From Gemmatimonadota bacterium (GTDB lineage: Bacteria > Gemmatimonadota > Gemmatimonadetes > Gemmatimonadales > GWC2-71-9), in assembly GCA_003222055.1 (NCBI GenBank), contig QHUT01000055.1, positions 759-64,758 on the forward strand: DNA of 64,000 nt, read 5' to 3'. Numbering within the stretch: the first letter of the stretch is position 1; each line of letters starts with the position of its first letter. Under the pieces are notes generated by a model, which ran no database searches, was not told the origin of the DNA, and worked only from the letters and a program-made list of their open reading frames with translations. Shown here in pieces: positions 41,736 to 51,786 of this stretch. The position numbers and the translations under genes are program-made.

Positions 41736-42744
41736 CGCGCCGGATCGCGGCCAGATGCTCCGCGTACGTCGCGGAGAAGATGTGCTTCCCGTCGGCCTGC
41801 GCGACGAAGTACAGGAACGGTACGTCGGCGGGGTAGAGCGCCGCGGCGAGGCTGGCGCGCCCCGGCTGCGAAATGGGTCCGGGCGGCAGCCCGGCGTGGA
41901 GATACGTGTTGTAGGAGGAGCGCACGGCGAGGTTCTTCTCCCACACGCGCCTCAGACGCCGGCCATAGGCGTAGCTCACGGTCGGATCGGCCTCCAGCCG
42001 CATTCCCCGCTTGAGCCGGTTCTGGTACACCGCGGAGATGAACGGCCGATCGGGGTCGTAGCGGACTTCCGATTCGATGATCGAGGCCAGGGTGACGAGC
42101 TGATGCCGGGTGAAATGGACGGAGTCGAGCCGGGCCTGCCACTCCGGGCTCCATTGCTGTATGAACTGATGGGTCATCACCCGCACCAGCTCGTGCGCGC
42201 CGATGTGCAGCGGCAGCAGGTACGTCGTCGGGAACAGGTATCCTTCGGCGCTCGCGGCCTGGTCGGGGAGCCCGAGCTGCGCGAGCAGCGCGGAATCCTG
42301 CGCCGCGTCCAGGAACGAGTCGCGCGGAATGCGGAGCCCCCGTTGCGCCAGGTCCGCGATCTCGCCGAGCCGCAGGCCCTCGCGCACCGTGAAGCGTTGC
42401 TCGACGCCGCGGCCCCGCTCGAGGGCCCCCACGACGTCCGACCACGCCTCGTCCTGGCGCAGCAGGTAGACGCCGCTCTTGAGCGATCCGGCGAGGCCCC
42501 GCAGCCGGGCGTACCACCGGAACAGATCGGGATGGTCGATGACGCGGCTGGCGGTGAGGGAGTCGACGGCGGTCTCGAGGGTGGCGCCGGGGGGGATCGT
42601 CACCGTGACGCGCGGCCCGTCGGGAGATCCGCAGGCGAAGAGGGCGAGCAGGAGACAATTGCGGATTGCGGATTTCGGATTGCGGATTCGAAGGGCGGGC
42701 GTCCAATCCGCAATCCACAATCCACAATCCGCAATCGTCTTCAC
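41686..42744 (-). CDS. mltG: Endolytic transglycosylase MltG (probable lipoprotein, repeat-derived N-terminus)
   Basis: EGYLFPTTY, LASIIESE, NRLKRGMRLEADPTV, YNTY…GLPPGPI; GTG overlaps the ruvX stop. Confidence 0.93.
   Translation of the reverse strand: MKTIADCGLWIADWTPALRIRNPKSAIRNCLLLALFACGSPDGPRVTVTIPPGATLETAVDSLTASRVIDHPDLFRWYARLRGLAGSLKSGVYLLRQDEAWSDVVGALERGRGVEQRFTVREGLRLGEIADLAQRGLRIPRDSFLDAAQDSALLAQLGLPDQAASAEGYLFPTTYLLPLHIGAHELVRVMTHQFIQQWSPEWQARLDSVHFTRHQLVTLASIIESEVRYDPDRPFISAVYQNRLKRGMRLEADPTVSYAYGRRLRRVWEKNLAVRSSYNTYLHAGLPPGPISQPGRASLAAALYPADVPFLYFVAQADGKHIFSATYAEHLAAIRRVKEMRRAARAPHPPGR
42657..42736. repeat. Heptamer-palindrome element, copy 4
   Basis: Same arms; lies inside the 5' end of mltG. 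Confidence 0.9.
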
Positions 42745-43181
42745 AGCGCCGACCCCCGCCTTGCATCGAGATAGTGCTGGAGCAGGACCGTCGCCGCCAG
42801 CGCGTCCACGCCGTCCTTCCGACCTCGCGTCGTGCCCCCCAAGTCGCGCACCGCCTGGAGCGCGCGGGCCGTCGTCAGCCGCTCGTCCCACAGGGCCACC
42901 GGCTTGCCGGAGTGCTGGGCGATCGCCGCCGCCAGGGTGCGGGCGGCCGTGGCCGCGTCACCTTCCGCGCCGTGCTGGTCGAGCGGCAGGCCGACCACCA
43001 CGCCCGTCACGGCGTGGCGGTCCAGCAGGGTGAGCAGCTGGCGCATGGGGAAGCGCTTGCCGGTACGGCGCGTGAGGGTGGTGAGGGGTTGGGCGAGCGT
43101 CTGGGTCTCGTCGGACAGGGCGAGGCCGATGCGCCGCTCGCCCCAGTCCACGCCGAGCAGCCGCCCCGACCCACCGGTCAT
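42741..43181 (-). CDS. ruvX: RuvX/YqgF resolvase-like pre-16S rRNA nuclease
   Basis: [32 protein letters not shown]. Confidence 0.95.
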   Translation of the reverse strand: MTGGSGRLLGVDWGERRIGLALSDETQTLAQPLTTLTRRTGKRFPMRQLLTLLDRHAVTGVVVGLPLDQHGAEGDAATAARTLAAAIAQHSGKPVALWDERLTTARALQAVRDLGGTTRGRKDGVDALAATVLLQHYLDARRGSAL

Positions 43182-44437
43182 CCCTGTTGCATCGTCTGGA
43201 AGAACTCGACGTTGTTTTTCGTCCGCTTCATGCGCTCCAGCAGGAACTCGATGCCTTCGACGGGAGGCATGTCGGCCAGGAAGTTGCGGAGCAAGTAGAC
43301 CTTGTTGAGCTCTTCCTTCGTGAGGAGCAGCTCTTCCTTGCGGGTGCCGGAGCGCTGCACATCGATGGACGGGAACGTGCGGCGCTCGGCGATCCGGCGG
43401 TCGAGAATCACTTCCATGTTGCCCGTGCCCTTGAACTCCTCGAAGATCACTTCGTCCATGCGGGAACCGGTGTCGATGAGCGCGGTGCCGACGATGGTGA
43501 GCGAGCCGCCGCCTTCGATCTTGCGCGCCGCTCCGAAAAACCGCTTGGGCTTCTGCAGCGCGTTCGCGTCCACACCGCCCGAGAGGATCTTGCCGGAGTG
43601 AGGCACCACCACGTTGTGCGCCCGGCCCATGCGCGTAATCGAATCGAGCAGGATCACGACGTCCTTGCCGTGCTCCACGAGGCGCTTGGCCTTCTCGATC
43701 ACCATATCGGCGACCTGGACGTGGCGGTCGGCCGGCTCGTCGAACGTGGACGAGATGACCTCGACGTTCGGTCCCTTGACGTTCTCCTCCATGTCCGTCA
43801 CCTCCTCGGGCCGCTCGTCGATCAGCAGCACGATGAGGTAAACCTCGGGGTGGTTCTCGATGATGGAGTTCGCGAGCTTCTGGAGCAGGATCGTCTTGCC
43901 GGCTTTGGGCGGCGAGACGATCAGGGCGCGCTGCCCCTTTCCGATGGGGCTCAGCAGGTCCAGCACCCGCATCGACAGATCGCCGTCCTTGCGCTCGAGC
44001 TTGATCCGCTCCTCGGGGTAGCGGGGCCGCAGGTTCTCGAACGCGACCCGGTGCTTCGCCTTCTCCGGCTCGTCCCCGTTCACCACCTCGACCTTGAGCA
44101 GGGCGAGATAGCGCTCCCCCTCCTTGGGCGGCCGCACCTGTCCCATGATCGTGTCGCCGGTGCGCAGGTCGAACCGTTTGATCTGGCTGGGCGAGACATA
44201 GATGTCGTCGGGGCCGTACAGGTAGTTCCAGTCGGGGCTGCGCAGGAACCCGTAGCCTTCCGGAAGGATTTCCAGGACGCCCTCGCCTCGGAGCACCGTG
44301 TCCGAGTCGAGGAGCGACTGCTCGATACGAAAGATCAGATCTTGCTTGCGGAGCCCCGAGTAGTTGCTGATGTTCAGGGTTTCGGCCATCGCGTGCAGTT
44401 CCGCGACGGATTTCCTCTTCAGCTCAGCGATATCCAC
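43178..44437 (-). CDS. rho: Transcription termination factor Rho
   Basis: [40 protein letters not shown]. Confidence 0.98.
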   Translation of the reverse strand: MDIAELKRKSVAELHAMAETLNISNYSGLRKQDLIFRIEQSLLDSDTVLRGEGVLEILPEGYGFLRSPDWNYLYGPDDIYVSPSQIKRFDLRTGDTIMGQVRPPKEGERYLALLKVEVVNGDEPEKAKHRVAFENLRPRYPEERIKLERKDGDLSMRVLDLLSPIGKGQRALIVSPPKAGKTILLQKLANSIIENHPEVYLIVLLIDERPEEVTDMEENVKGPNVEVISSTFDEPADRHVQVADMVIEKAKRLVEHGKDVVILLDSITRMGRAHNVVVPHSGKILSGGVDANALQKPKRFFGAARKIEGGGSLTIVGTALIDTGSRMDEVIFEEFKGTGNMEVILDRRIAERRTFPSIDVQRSGTRKEELLLTKEELNKVYLLRNFLADMPPVEGIEFLLERMKRTKNNVEFFQTMQQG

Positions 44438-44541
44438 GTGTGTGTTGCTCCATGCTACGGCGGGCGAAACCCCGAGGCGGGGGCGTGAGCGCGGTGATGT
44501 TGAAAATGGAATCTGGAAATTCGAAGGAGTGCGAAAGAGCT

Positions 44542-44570
44542 ATTTTAGACTACCCCGAAGCCCCAGTCAA
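44542..44570 (-). promoter_or_regulatory. Sigma-70-type promoter of the rho operon
   Basis: TTGACT-N17-TAAAAT on the minus strand, about 100 nt upstream of rho. Confidence 0.8.
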
Positions 44571-44579
44571 GAGCGCCTC

Positions 44580-45689
44580 GTGAACCTCACGGACTTCCTG
44601 GTGGCGTGGCGCACCGTTTCCCTGCCGGACCGCGAAGTCGTTGACGCACTTGTACATCCGATGCACGCCGACGCATCCCCGGCGCTCGCACAAGTGCTCC
44701 GACAGTGGCCCGGGAGCTACTACTGGTCGAACGAGCCCGACGGACGCCACCTGGTGCTCACCCGCCCGCTCGCTCGTCGGAGCGAGCGGTGGGGGCTCCA
44801 CCTGGCGTTGTTTCTCGCGACGCTCTACACGATCACCTTCGCCGGCGCCGTGCTGGCTAATGGCATCCCGTACACGGGCTACTCGGTGTTCTTCACGAGC
44901 GGATACCCCGGTTATCCGGGCTTTCTCGAGGCCTGGGCCAGCGGGCTTCCGTTTGCCGCGCCGCTGCTCGCTATTCTGCTGTGCCACGAGCTCGGGCACT
45001 ACGTGGTGGCACGCCGCTATCAGTTGGACGTCTCGCCTCCGTACTTCATCCCCGTGCCGATGTTCCCGACGTTGATCGGCACCATGGGTGCATTCATCCG
45101 GCTGCGCACGGTGCTGTCCGATCGCCGCCAGCTGTTCGACGTCGGCGTCGCTGGACCGATCGCCGGATTCCTGGTCGCGCTGCCGGTGCTCTCGGCTGGA
45201 CTGGCGCTGAGTCACCCGGTCGCTCCCCAGGAGGGGTTTCGCGGGCTCGCCGTGTATTTCGCGGGCGGCCCGCAGATTCCGCTCGGCGACTCCCTGATCA
45301 CGCTGCTGCTCCAACGGCTGGTGCTCGGTCGCGCGGCGGCGGTCAGCGTTCATCCCATCGCTTTCGCCGGATGGGTCGGGATGTTCGTCACGATGCTGAA
45401 CCTGCTGCCGATCTCCCAGCTGGACGGCGGGCACATCCTGTACGCAACGGTGCCGCGCTGGCACCAGCGGATCGCGTTCGGTTTCTGGTGTCTCATCATA
45501 CTGCTCGGACGCTGGTGGTCGGGGTGGTACTTGTGGGGCCTGCTCGTGCTGCTGTTGTCGCGCGGGCGCCTCGGTCACCCGCCGGTGCTCGACGCGCAAC
45601 GGCCGCTGCCCGCGTCGCGGCGCTGGGTCGCGTGGGTGGCGCTGGCGCTATTCGCGATCACGTTTGCGCCGGTTCCCTTCAGAATCTGA
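44580..45689 (+). CDS. Site-2 protease (M50) family protein
   Basis: HELGH, GTMGAFIR, AGPIAG, NLLPISQLDGGH. Confidence 0.92.
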   Translation: MNLTDFLVAWRTVSLPDREVVDALVHPMHADASPALAQVLRQWPGSYYWSNEPDGRHLVLTRPLARRSERWGLHLALFLATLYTITFAGAVLANGIPYTGYSVFFTSGYPGYPGFLEAWASGLPFAAPLLAILLCHELGHYVVARRYQLDVSPPYFIPVPMFPTLIGTMGAFIRLRTVLSDRRQLFDVGVAGPIAGFLVALPVLSAGLALSHPVAPQEGFRGLAVYFAGGPQIPLGDSLITLLLQRLVLGRAAAVSVHPIAFAGWVGMFVTMLNLLPISQLDGGHILYATVPRWHQRIAFGFWCLIILLGRWWSGWYLWGLLVLLLSRGRLGHPPVLDAQRPLPASRRWVAWVALALFAITFAPVPFRI

Positions 45690-45755
45690 GGGAAGGGGAC
45701 GAGGGACGAGGGAAGGGTCGGGTTACTCTTCCCGCGTCCCTCGTCCCGCTTCCCG
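45688..45755. repeat. Second heptamer-palindrome family: (GAGGGAC)n-loop-(GTCCCTC)n
   Basis: gagggaaggggacgagggacgagggaagg…cttcccgcgtccctcgtcccgcttccc. Confidence 0.7.
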
Positions 45756-45819
45756 GCCTCCCAAGTATTGCGTAAGTCCGCCCTTCTTATATCTTTACCC
45801 AAACCAGCCTACGAGGCGC

Positions 45820-46104
45820 ATGCCCGCACAGCCGGCACGCTTCAACGCACCTGACTCGGGCGACGCAGTCGTCCACGACCTCCCCCCCATTCGCTTCGAC
45901 GGACAACTCATCCCCATTCGCCTCCAGGTGCGCCGCAGCGAGGACGGCGTATGGCGGGGCCGGGTGTTGTTCGGGGCTGCCGACACCGAGGCGGAGCGCG
46001 CGACGGCCGAGATCTTCTGCGCCGCGTCGGAGCCGGACTTGTGGCAGGCGGTGCGCGACCTGCGCGACCATCACCTGCGCGATCTGTATCGGTCCCTGCT
46101 CTAG
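45820..46104 (+). CDS. Small hypothetical protein (94 aa)
   Basis: RBS GAGG; typical codon usage; abuts the next gene. Confidence 0.75.
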   Translation: MPAQPARFNAPDSGDAVVHDLPPIRFDGQLIPIRLQVRRSEDGVWRGRVLFGAADTEAERATAEIFCAASEPDLWQAVRDLRDHHLRDLYRSLL

Positions 46105-46296
46105 ATGGCCGACGCCCTGGATCCGATCAGAAAGCTCCGGCACGACCTTTCCAACCCGCTCGCAGCCATCCTTGCCGAGACGCAGCTGCTCCTCCTGGGA
46201 GCGGATAAGTACGATGGGGAGACGGTGGCGGGCCTGAAGCAGATTGAAGCGTTGTCGCGCAAAATGCGCGGCATCCTCGAAGCCCTTGATCGATGA
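46105..46296 (+). CDS. Stand-alone HisKA/DHp-domain protein (63 aa)
   Basis: H-box LRHDLSNPLAAI followed by a second helix; no ATPase domain. Confidence 0.8.
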   Translation: MADALDPIRKLRHDLSNPLAAILAETQLLLLGADKYDGETVAGLKQIEALSRKMRGILEALDR

Positions 46297-46325
46297 ATCG
46301 GTGAATCGGTGAAGCGGTGAAGCGG
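46290..46325. repeat. Octamer tandem repeat ((T/G)CGGTGAA)x4
   Basis: tcgatgaa tcggtgaa tcggtgaa gcggtgaa gcgg. Confidence 0.75.
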
Positions 46326-46391
46326 ACCCGGTGAGTCGGCGCCACCGGCCGCGGTTCTGCCCTCCCGGGCGGTGGTGGTGGCCGCGCCGGC

Positions 46392-48245
46392 TCAGTGCGG
46401 GTCGGTGCCGCTGGCTGCGGTGGCCGCCCCCTCCCCGGACGGACCCATGGCGTGCGTGTTGAGGTAGTGGCGCCCGCTCGCGAGGTAGAGGATCAGCAGG
46501 ACGACGGTCGCGCCGCCGGTGGCGACCTTCAAAGGAGCGGGGGCGTCGCTTGCCGAGAGGAGGCCCTCGATCGTGCCCGCGAGCCCGAGCAGCAGGACGG
46601 AGGCTCCGACCAGACGAGCGGCCTGGCGGCCGGCGAGCACCAGCGCATCGCGCCGGGTCAGGTCGCCGGGCGCGAGCAAGGCCCGGGCCACGAGCAGCCC
46701 GGCGCCCCCCGCGATGAAGATCGCCGAAAGCTCCAGCACCCCGTGGCCGGCGACGAAGGTGAGCAGCCATCCGGCCAGTCCGTAGTTCGCGAACAGCCCC
46801 AGCACCGCGCCGAAGAACAGCCCGTTGAACACGAGGAGCAGCAACGTGCCGATGCCGGCGGTGATGCCGAACGCGAAGCCCAGGAACGCCACCTGCACGT
46901 TGTTCGTGATGATCCGCGAGGCGATGAACGGCAGGTACATCGAGGGCGCCTGCGCGTAGCCCACGCCCTGCGCGCGGCGCTCGGCTCCCGCGCGCGCGCG
47001 CGCCAGCATCTCGTCGGGGAGCACCTGCTCGGCGATCGCCGGGCGCTCGCGGATCAACACGTATCCGGTCGCGGCGGGAACGGCGAACACCAGCAGGGCC
47101 GTCACCACGTAGGCGCGCGCGGCCACCACGGCGGCCGGCAGCTCCCGGAGCACGAGGCGGCCCACGTGCACCCGGTGGCCGGTGTGCCGGCCGTACAGGG
47201 CATTGTGCCCCGCGCTCACCACGCGCTCCAGATACTCGAGCACCCTGGGATCCACCCCATAGGTGCGCGCGCGCGCCAGATCGGCCGCTACCTCGCGATA
47301 GCGCGCGGCGAAGTCGGGAATCTCCGCCGCACCCAACTGCTTCAAGCCGACCCGCTCGGCCCGGGCGGCGAGGATGCGGAACGCCTCCCACGAGTCCCGC
47401 TTTCGCGTCACGAACCGCTCGGCCGTGACCGTGGTACGTCCGGCGCCCTCCGTCCGGCGCGCGGCGAGGCGGCCGCTCCGTTTCGCGAACTCGGCCGTAT
47501 GCAGCCGAACCAGGAACGCCTCCGGGTCGGCGTCCCGCCGGGGAAAGCGCGGGGCGAACCGGGCCGCCAGGTCGGCGGTAAAGCGACGGCGCAGCGCGCC
47601 GTCCAGGCTCTCCAGCCGCTCGAGATACTGGTCGAGCAGGCGGAACTCCTCGTCGGTGAGCTCGGGCGGGCCGGTCTCGAGCGGCTCCGCCGCCGGCTGC
47701 CGATCCGCGGGGACGCCGGCCAGTTGCAGGTCCTCGGGCCGGTCGCGCGCCACCACCGTTCCGGCCACGATGTCGCCGAGCCGCTTGTTCTGCGGGTGGA
47801 ACAGCACGAAGGCGAGGCCCACCAGGCCGAACGGGAGCGCGTCCACGACCCGGATCAGGTTCCGCACGGCGGCGGCCGCGAGGGTGATGGGGTGCCCCGT
47901 ATCCATCACGACGCGAATGCCCATGAGGCGCTTACCCGGCGTCCGCCCGTGGTTGAGCGCTTCGAACAGCAGGAAATAACACCAGAATAGGAGAAAGAGG
48001 GCGAGCACCGTGAGCACGGCGACGAGCGTCGACCACGCACCGGCCGACTCGCGCCCCGTCTGCAGAGCGACGAGCCCCAGGCCGAGCCCGACGTAGAGCA
48101 CGCCGAGCAGCACCGCGTCGCACGCGGCGGCGGCAATGCGAGAGCCCACGCCGGCGAGCTCGAGCTCGAGCACGAGGTGCTCCGGCGTCTCGATCGCGAG
48201 GCGCCGGGCGAACTGCGGGACGGTCGGGGCTCGCGGGGCGGGCAT
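46392..48245 (-). CDS. RDD domain fused to a SpoIIM-family membrane protein
   Basis: ETPE…LAGVGSR, GRTPGKR, KRLGDIVAGT; NNVQVA, HGVLEL, IEG. Confidence 0.9.
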   Translation of the reverse strand: MPAPRAPTVPQFARRLAIETPEHLVLELELAGVGSRIAAAACDAVLLGVLYVGLGLGLVALQTGRESAGAWSTLVAVLTVLALFLLFWCYFLLFEALNHGRTPGKRLMGIRVVMDTGHPITLAAAAVRNLIRVVDALPFGLVGLAFVLFHPQNKRLGDIVAGTVVARDRPEDLQLAGVPADRQPAAEPLETGPPELTDEEFRLLDQYLERLESLDGALRRRFTADLAARFAPRFPRRDADPEAFLVRLHTAEFAKRSGRLAARRTEGAGRTTVTAERFVTRKRDSWEAFRILAARAERVGLKQLGAAEIPDFAARYREVAADLARARTYGVDPRVLEYLERVVSAGHNALYGRHTGHRVHVGRLVLRELPAAVVAARAYVVTALLVFAVPAATGYVLIRERPAIAEQVLPDEMLARARAGAERRAQGVGYAQAPSMYLPFIASRIITNNVQVAFLGFAFGITAGIGTLLLLVFNGLFFGAVLGLFANYGLAGWLLTFVAGHGVLELSAIFIAGGAGLLVARALLAPGDLTRRDALVLAGRQAARLVGASVLLLGLAGTIEGLLSASDAPAPLKVATGGATVVLLILYLASGRHYLNTHAMGPSGEGAATAASGTDPH

Positions 48246-48277
48246 CCGGGAGTCATCTTAATCACGAAGGAGGAGCC

Positions 48278-49042
48278 ATGGCTACCACACAGCTCCGGCC
48301 GCTGGCGCTGGGCGAGATCCTGGATGCGTCGTTCGCGCTGTTGCGCCGGCATGCCGGCGTTTTCTTCGGCATCGCGATCGTCTGCCAGGGCTTGCCCACC
48401 GCGCTGAGCCTGTTCGTCCAGTTGGGCGGCGGGCCGCAGCAGCATTTCGGGCTCTACGTCCTGTCGCAGGTGCTGACCTTCGTGGGGTACCTGCTCGTCA
48501 CCGGCGCCTCCATCCGGGTGGTGTCCCAAGCATACCTCGGCCACGAGCCCACCATGGGGGATGCGCTCGACTTCGCCCTATCGAAGATGGGCCGCAGCTT
48601 CAGCGCCGGCTTCGCCTCCGGCATCCTGATCGGCTTGGCGTGCCTCCTCATCGTTATTCCCGGAATCATCGTGGCCTGCGGCCTTGCCGTCGCGGTCCAG
48701 GCCGCCGTGCTCGAACCGCTGCCGGGGGGCACGGACGGCGTGGGCCGCTCGTGGAAGCTCACCAGCGGGTTCAAATGGAAAGCGTTCGGACTGTACTTCG
48801 TGGTCTTCGTGCTGTTCGGCCTCTTCCTGCTCGGGTTCGGCGTGATTGCCGGCGTCGCCGCGGCCATCCTGCCACCGTTGATGGTTCCGGCGCTGATCGG
48901 CCTGGGCCTGATCTCCCTCTTCCTGTATCCGTTCATCAGCTGCGTCTTCACCCTGTTCTATTACGACCTGCGGGTACGCAAGGAAGCGTTCGACCTGGAG
49001 CTCCTGAGCCAACACCTCGGGGTCGCGGCCGCGAGGGCGTGA
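48278..49042 (+). CDS. Integral membrane protein of the MoxR cluster
   Basis: LRPLALGEILD, RSWKL, YYDLRVRKEAFDLE. Confidence 0.8.
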   Translation: MATTQLRPLALGEILDASFALLRRHAGVFFGIAIVCQGLPTALSLFVQLGGGPQQHFGLYVLSQVLTFVGYLLVTGASIRVVSQAYLGHEPTMGDALDFALSKMGRSFSAGFASGILIGLACLLIVIPGIIVACGLAVAVQAAVLEPLPGGTDGVGRSWKLTSGFKWKAFGLYFVVFVLFGLFLLGFGVIAGVAAAILPPLMVPALIGLGLISLFLYPFISCVFTLFYYDLRVRKEAFDLELLSQHLGVAAARA

Positions 49043-49659
49043 GCTTCGCGCCTCAGGCCGCCGATCCGGACTCGCTGCGCGCCGCGCTCCGCACCGTATT
49101 CTCGGCGCGCGAATACCACTGGACCGAGCCCAACAGCACCTGGGTGTGGCTGCTCACCCAATGGCACCGGGCGCTCGACTGGCTCGAGGGTCTGCGGCTC
49201 GTCTCCCCCGTTCGCTACTACATCGTGCTCGGCGTCCTGACCCTGGCGCTCGTCGCTTCCCTGATGCACCTCGGCTGGGTCGTGTGGCGATCGTTGCGAC
49301 CGGGCGAGCCGGTCCGCCCGCCCATGCCTCCCGCCGCCCCGCCGCGCGACGCCGCCTGGTACGCCGCGGAAGCGCGCCGCTTGAGCGCCGCGGGCCGGTT
49401 CCTCGAGGCCCTCGGCGTTCGCTTCCTCGCCGCTGTGCTCGACCTGGACGAGCGCCGCGTCGTGCAGTTCCATCCGTCCAAGACCCCTGCCGAGTACGCG
49501 CTCGAAGCCCGGCTCGACGCCGCCGGGCGCTCGGGGCTGACCGAGCTCGTGGCCACCTTGTACCGCCACGTGTTCGGGGGGACGCCGTGCGATGCCGAGC
49601 AGTGGCACCGCTTCGACGCGCTGGCCGCGGGGCTCGAGCTCCATGCTGCGACGCGGTGA
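49039..49659 (+). CDS. DUF4129 domain protein
   Basis: TM segment, then GRFLEAL…PSKTPAEY…YRHVFGG. Confidence 0.8.
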   Translation: MSFAPQAADPDSLRAALRTVFSAREYHWTEPNSTWVWLLTQWHRALDWLEGLRLVSPVRYYIVLGVLTLALVASLMHLGWVVWRSLRPGEPVRPPMPPAAPPRDAAWYAAEARRLSAAGRFLEALGVRFLAAVLDLDERRVVQFHPSKTPAEYALEARLDAAGRSGLTELVATLYRHVFGGTPCDAEQWHRFDALAAGLELHAATR

Positions 49660-50872
49660 GCGGGCGGTGGTTCTCGGGGCGATCGCGGCCGTCGTACTCG
49701 CGGCGGTCGCCGGTGTGGTGACCGCACCCACTCGGGACCTGGACGACCCCCGGCTCTCCACCTTTCTGGCCGGGCCGCACGGCGCGAAAGGGCTGGCGCA
49801 GACCCTCAGGCACCTCGGGATGACGGTGGAGCAGCGGCGACACCCCTACTTCGACCTTGCGAGCGACAGCGTTCAGCCCCGGCGAGCGGTGCTGCTCGCG
49901 TTTCTCGACATCGACCGCCCCACGGCGCGTGAGCTCGTCGCGGTGCGCGACTATGTGACGCACGGGGGACGGGTGTTCGTCGCCGGCGTGACGGGGATCG
50001 AGATGTGCTTCGGCTACCACTCGCGGCGTCTGCGGCGCGGCGCGGAAGCGGATTCGAGCCCGGTCTTGAGCGGCGCCTGGCGCCTCCCCCGTGCCGGTCG
50101 CGCGCTGGTGCGGATGCCGGCCGAATCGCTCGCGGCCGCGACGGCGGAACGTCTGGATGGCGATCAGTGCCCACCCCGTCCCGCGCTTCGCGTGGACACC
50201 CTGCTCGGCATCAGGGACGGTCGTCCCCTGGCCATCCGCCTGGGGTTTCGGTCCGGGGGTGAGGCGGTCTTGCTCGCCGACGGCGGGTTCCTGACCAACC
50301 GCTCGCTCAAGGAGACCGACGCCGGGCTCGCCGTGCTGCCCTGGTTTGCCGACGGGCGCACGCGTCGGGTGGTCGTGGACGAGTATCACCAGGGGTTCGG
50401 CGCCGGCGGCTCGCTGCTGGCGGCGTCGGCGGCCTGGCTGGTGGCCCATCCGCCGGGTTGGGCCATCCTCCAGCTGGTCGGCGTGGCGCTCGTGGCGATC
50501 GCCGTAATGGCCGTGCGGTTCGGGCCCCCGCGTGCAGGCGTCGAGCGGCGGCGGCGGTCACCCCTCGAGCATCTCGAGGCGCTCGCGGCCGGGCTCGAAG
50601 GAGCGGGGGGTGTGGACACGGCGGTGACGCTCACGGTGTCCGGGCTGCGGCGTCGCCTCGGTCGCGCCGGCGCCCTGTCCGCCGAGGGCCAGCGTTCCTG
50701 GCTCGCGGCGCTGGAGCTGGGGCTGCCGACGGCCACCGGGCGCAACGCGGTGCGCGAGCTGCAGCGCACGATCAACCAACCCGGCGGTCCCGAGCGTGCG
50801 CTCGCGGCCGCCCAAGCGGTGGAGGACGTGTGGGAGGAGCTTCGCCCGCGGACGACGCGCGCCGCATCCTAG
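49643..50872 (+). CDS. DUF4350 domain protein
   Basis: STFLAGPHGAKGL, FLTN, DEYHQG, RFG; cluster context. Confidence 0.8.
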   Translation: MLRRGERAVVLGAIAAVVLAAVAGVVTAPTRDLDDPRLSTFLAGPHGAKGLAQTLRHLGMTVEQRRHPYFDLASDSVQPRRAVLLAFLDIDRPTARELVAVRDYVTHGGRVFVAGVTGIEMCFGYHSRRLRRGAEADSSPVLSGAWRLPRAGRALVRMPAESLAAATAERLDGDQCPPRPALRVDTLLGIRDGRPLAIRLGFRSGGEAVLLADGGFLTNRSLKETDAGLAVLPWFADGRTRRVVVDEYHQGFGAGGSLLAASAAWLVAHPPGWAILQLVGVALVAIAVMAVRFGPPRAGVERRRRSPLEHLEALAAGLEGAGGVDTAVTLTVSGLRRRLGRAGALSAEGQRSWLAALELGLPTATGRNAVRELQRTINQPGGPERALAAAQAVEDVWEELRPRTTRAAS

Positions 50873-51786
50873 AGGTGCTGGATGGGGTGATCCTGGGGCA
50901 GGCGGCCGCGACCCGCGAGGCCCTGGTGTGCCTGCTCGCCCGCGGCCACGTGCTGCTGGAGGGCGTGCCGGGCACCGCCAAGACCCTGCTGGTGCGGACC
51001 CTGGCGCTGGCGCTGGACGTGAAATTTCAGCGCATCCAGTTCACCCCCGACCTGATGCCCGCCGACATCACCGGCGTCACGCTGCTCACCGGCGCGCGGG
51101 AGTTCACCTTCCGATCGGGTCCGATCTTCGCCGATCTGGTGCTGGCCGACGAGATCAACCGGGCGCCCGCGAAGACGCAGGCGGCCCTGCTCGAGGCGAT
51201 GCAGGAGCGCACCGTCACCGTCGACGGTGTGGGGCACCCGCTGTCCGCCACGTTCACCGTGTTCGCGACGCAGAACCCCGTCGAATTCGAAGGGACCTAC
51301 CCCCTGCCCGAGGCCGAGCTCGACCGCTTCATGGCCAAGGTGCTGGTGGGCTACCCCGACTCGGACGCCGAGCAGGGCATCCTCGAGCGCACGGTGCAGG
51401 GCTTCGAGGCGGACCGGCCGGCGACGTACGGCGTGAGCCAGGTGACCGACGCGACCGGCCTCGAGCGGTTGCGCGGCGCGGTCGAGGGCGTGCGCGTCGC
51501 GTCGCAGATCACCGCCTACATCGCGGGGGTCGTCCGGGCCACGCGAGAGGCCGCGTCGTTCACGCTGGGCGCAAGCCCCCGGGCCGGCGTGGCGCTGCTC
51601 AAGGCGGCGCGTGCGGCGGCGCTGCTGGACGGGCGCGATTACGTGATCCCCGACGATGTGAAGCGGCTCGCCTCCGCCGTGCTGCGCCATCGCGTGAGCG
51701 TCGCGCCGGAGCTCGAGCTCGAGGGTGTCACGCCGGACGCGGCGCTGAAGGCGATCCTGGACAAAACGGAGGTGCCGACGGCGTGA
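50830..51786 (+). CDS. moxR: MoxR family AAA+ ATPase
   Basis: EGVPGTAKT, RIQFTPDLMPAD, DEINRAPAKTQAALLEAM, EGTYPLPEA. Confidence 0.95.
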   Translation: MGGASPADDARRILEVLDGVILGQAAATREALVCLLARGHVLLEGVPGTAKTLLVRTLALALDVKFQRIQFTPDLMPADITGVTLLTGAREFTFRSGPIFADLVLADEINRAPAKTQAALLEAMQERTVTVDGVGHPLSATFTVFATQNPVEFEGTYPLPEAELDRFMAKVLVGYPDSDAEQGILERTVQGFEADRPATYGVSQVTDATGLERLRGAVEGVRVASQITAYIAGVVRATREAASFTLGASPRAGVALLKAARAAALLDGRDYVIPDDVKRLASAVLRHRVSVAPELELEGVTPDAALKAILDKTEVPTA

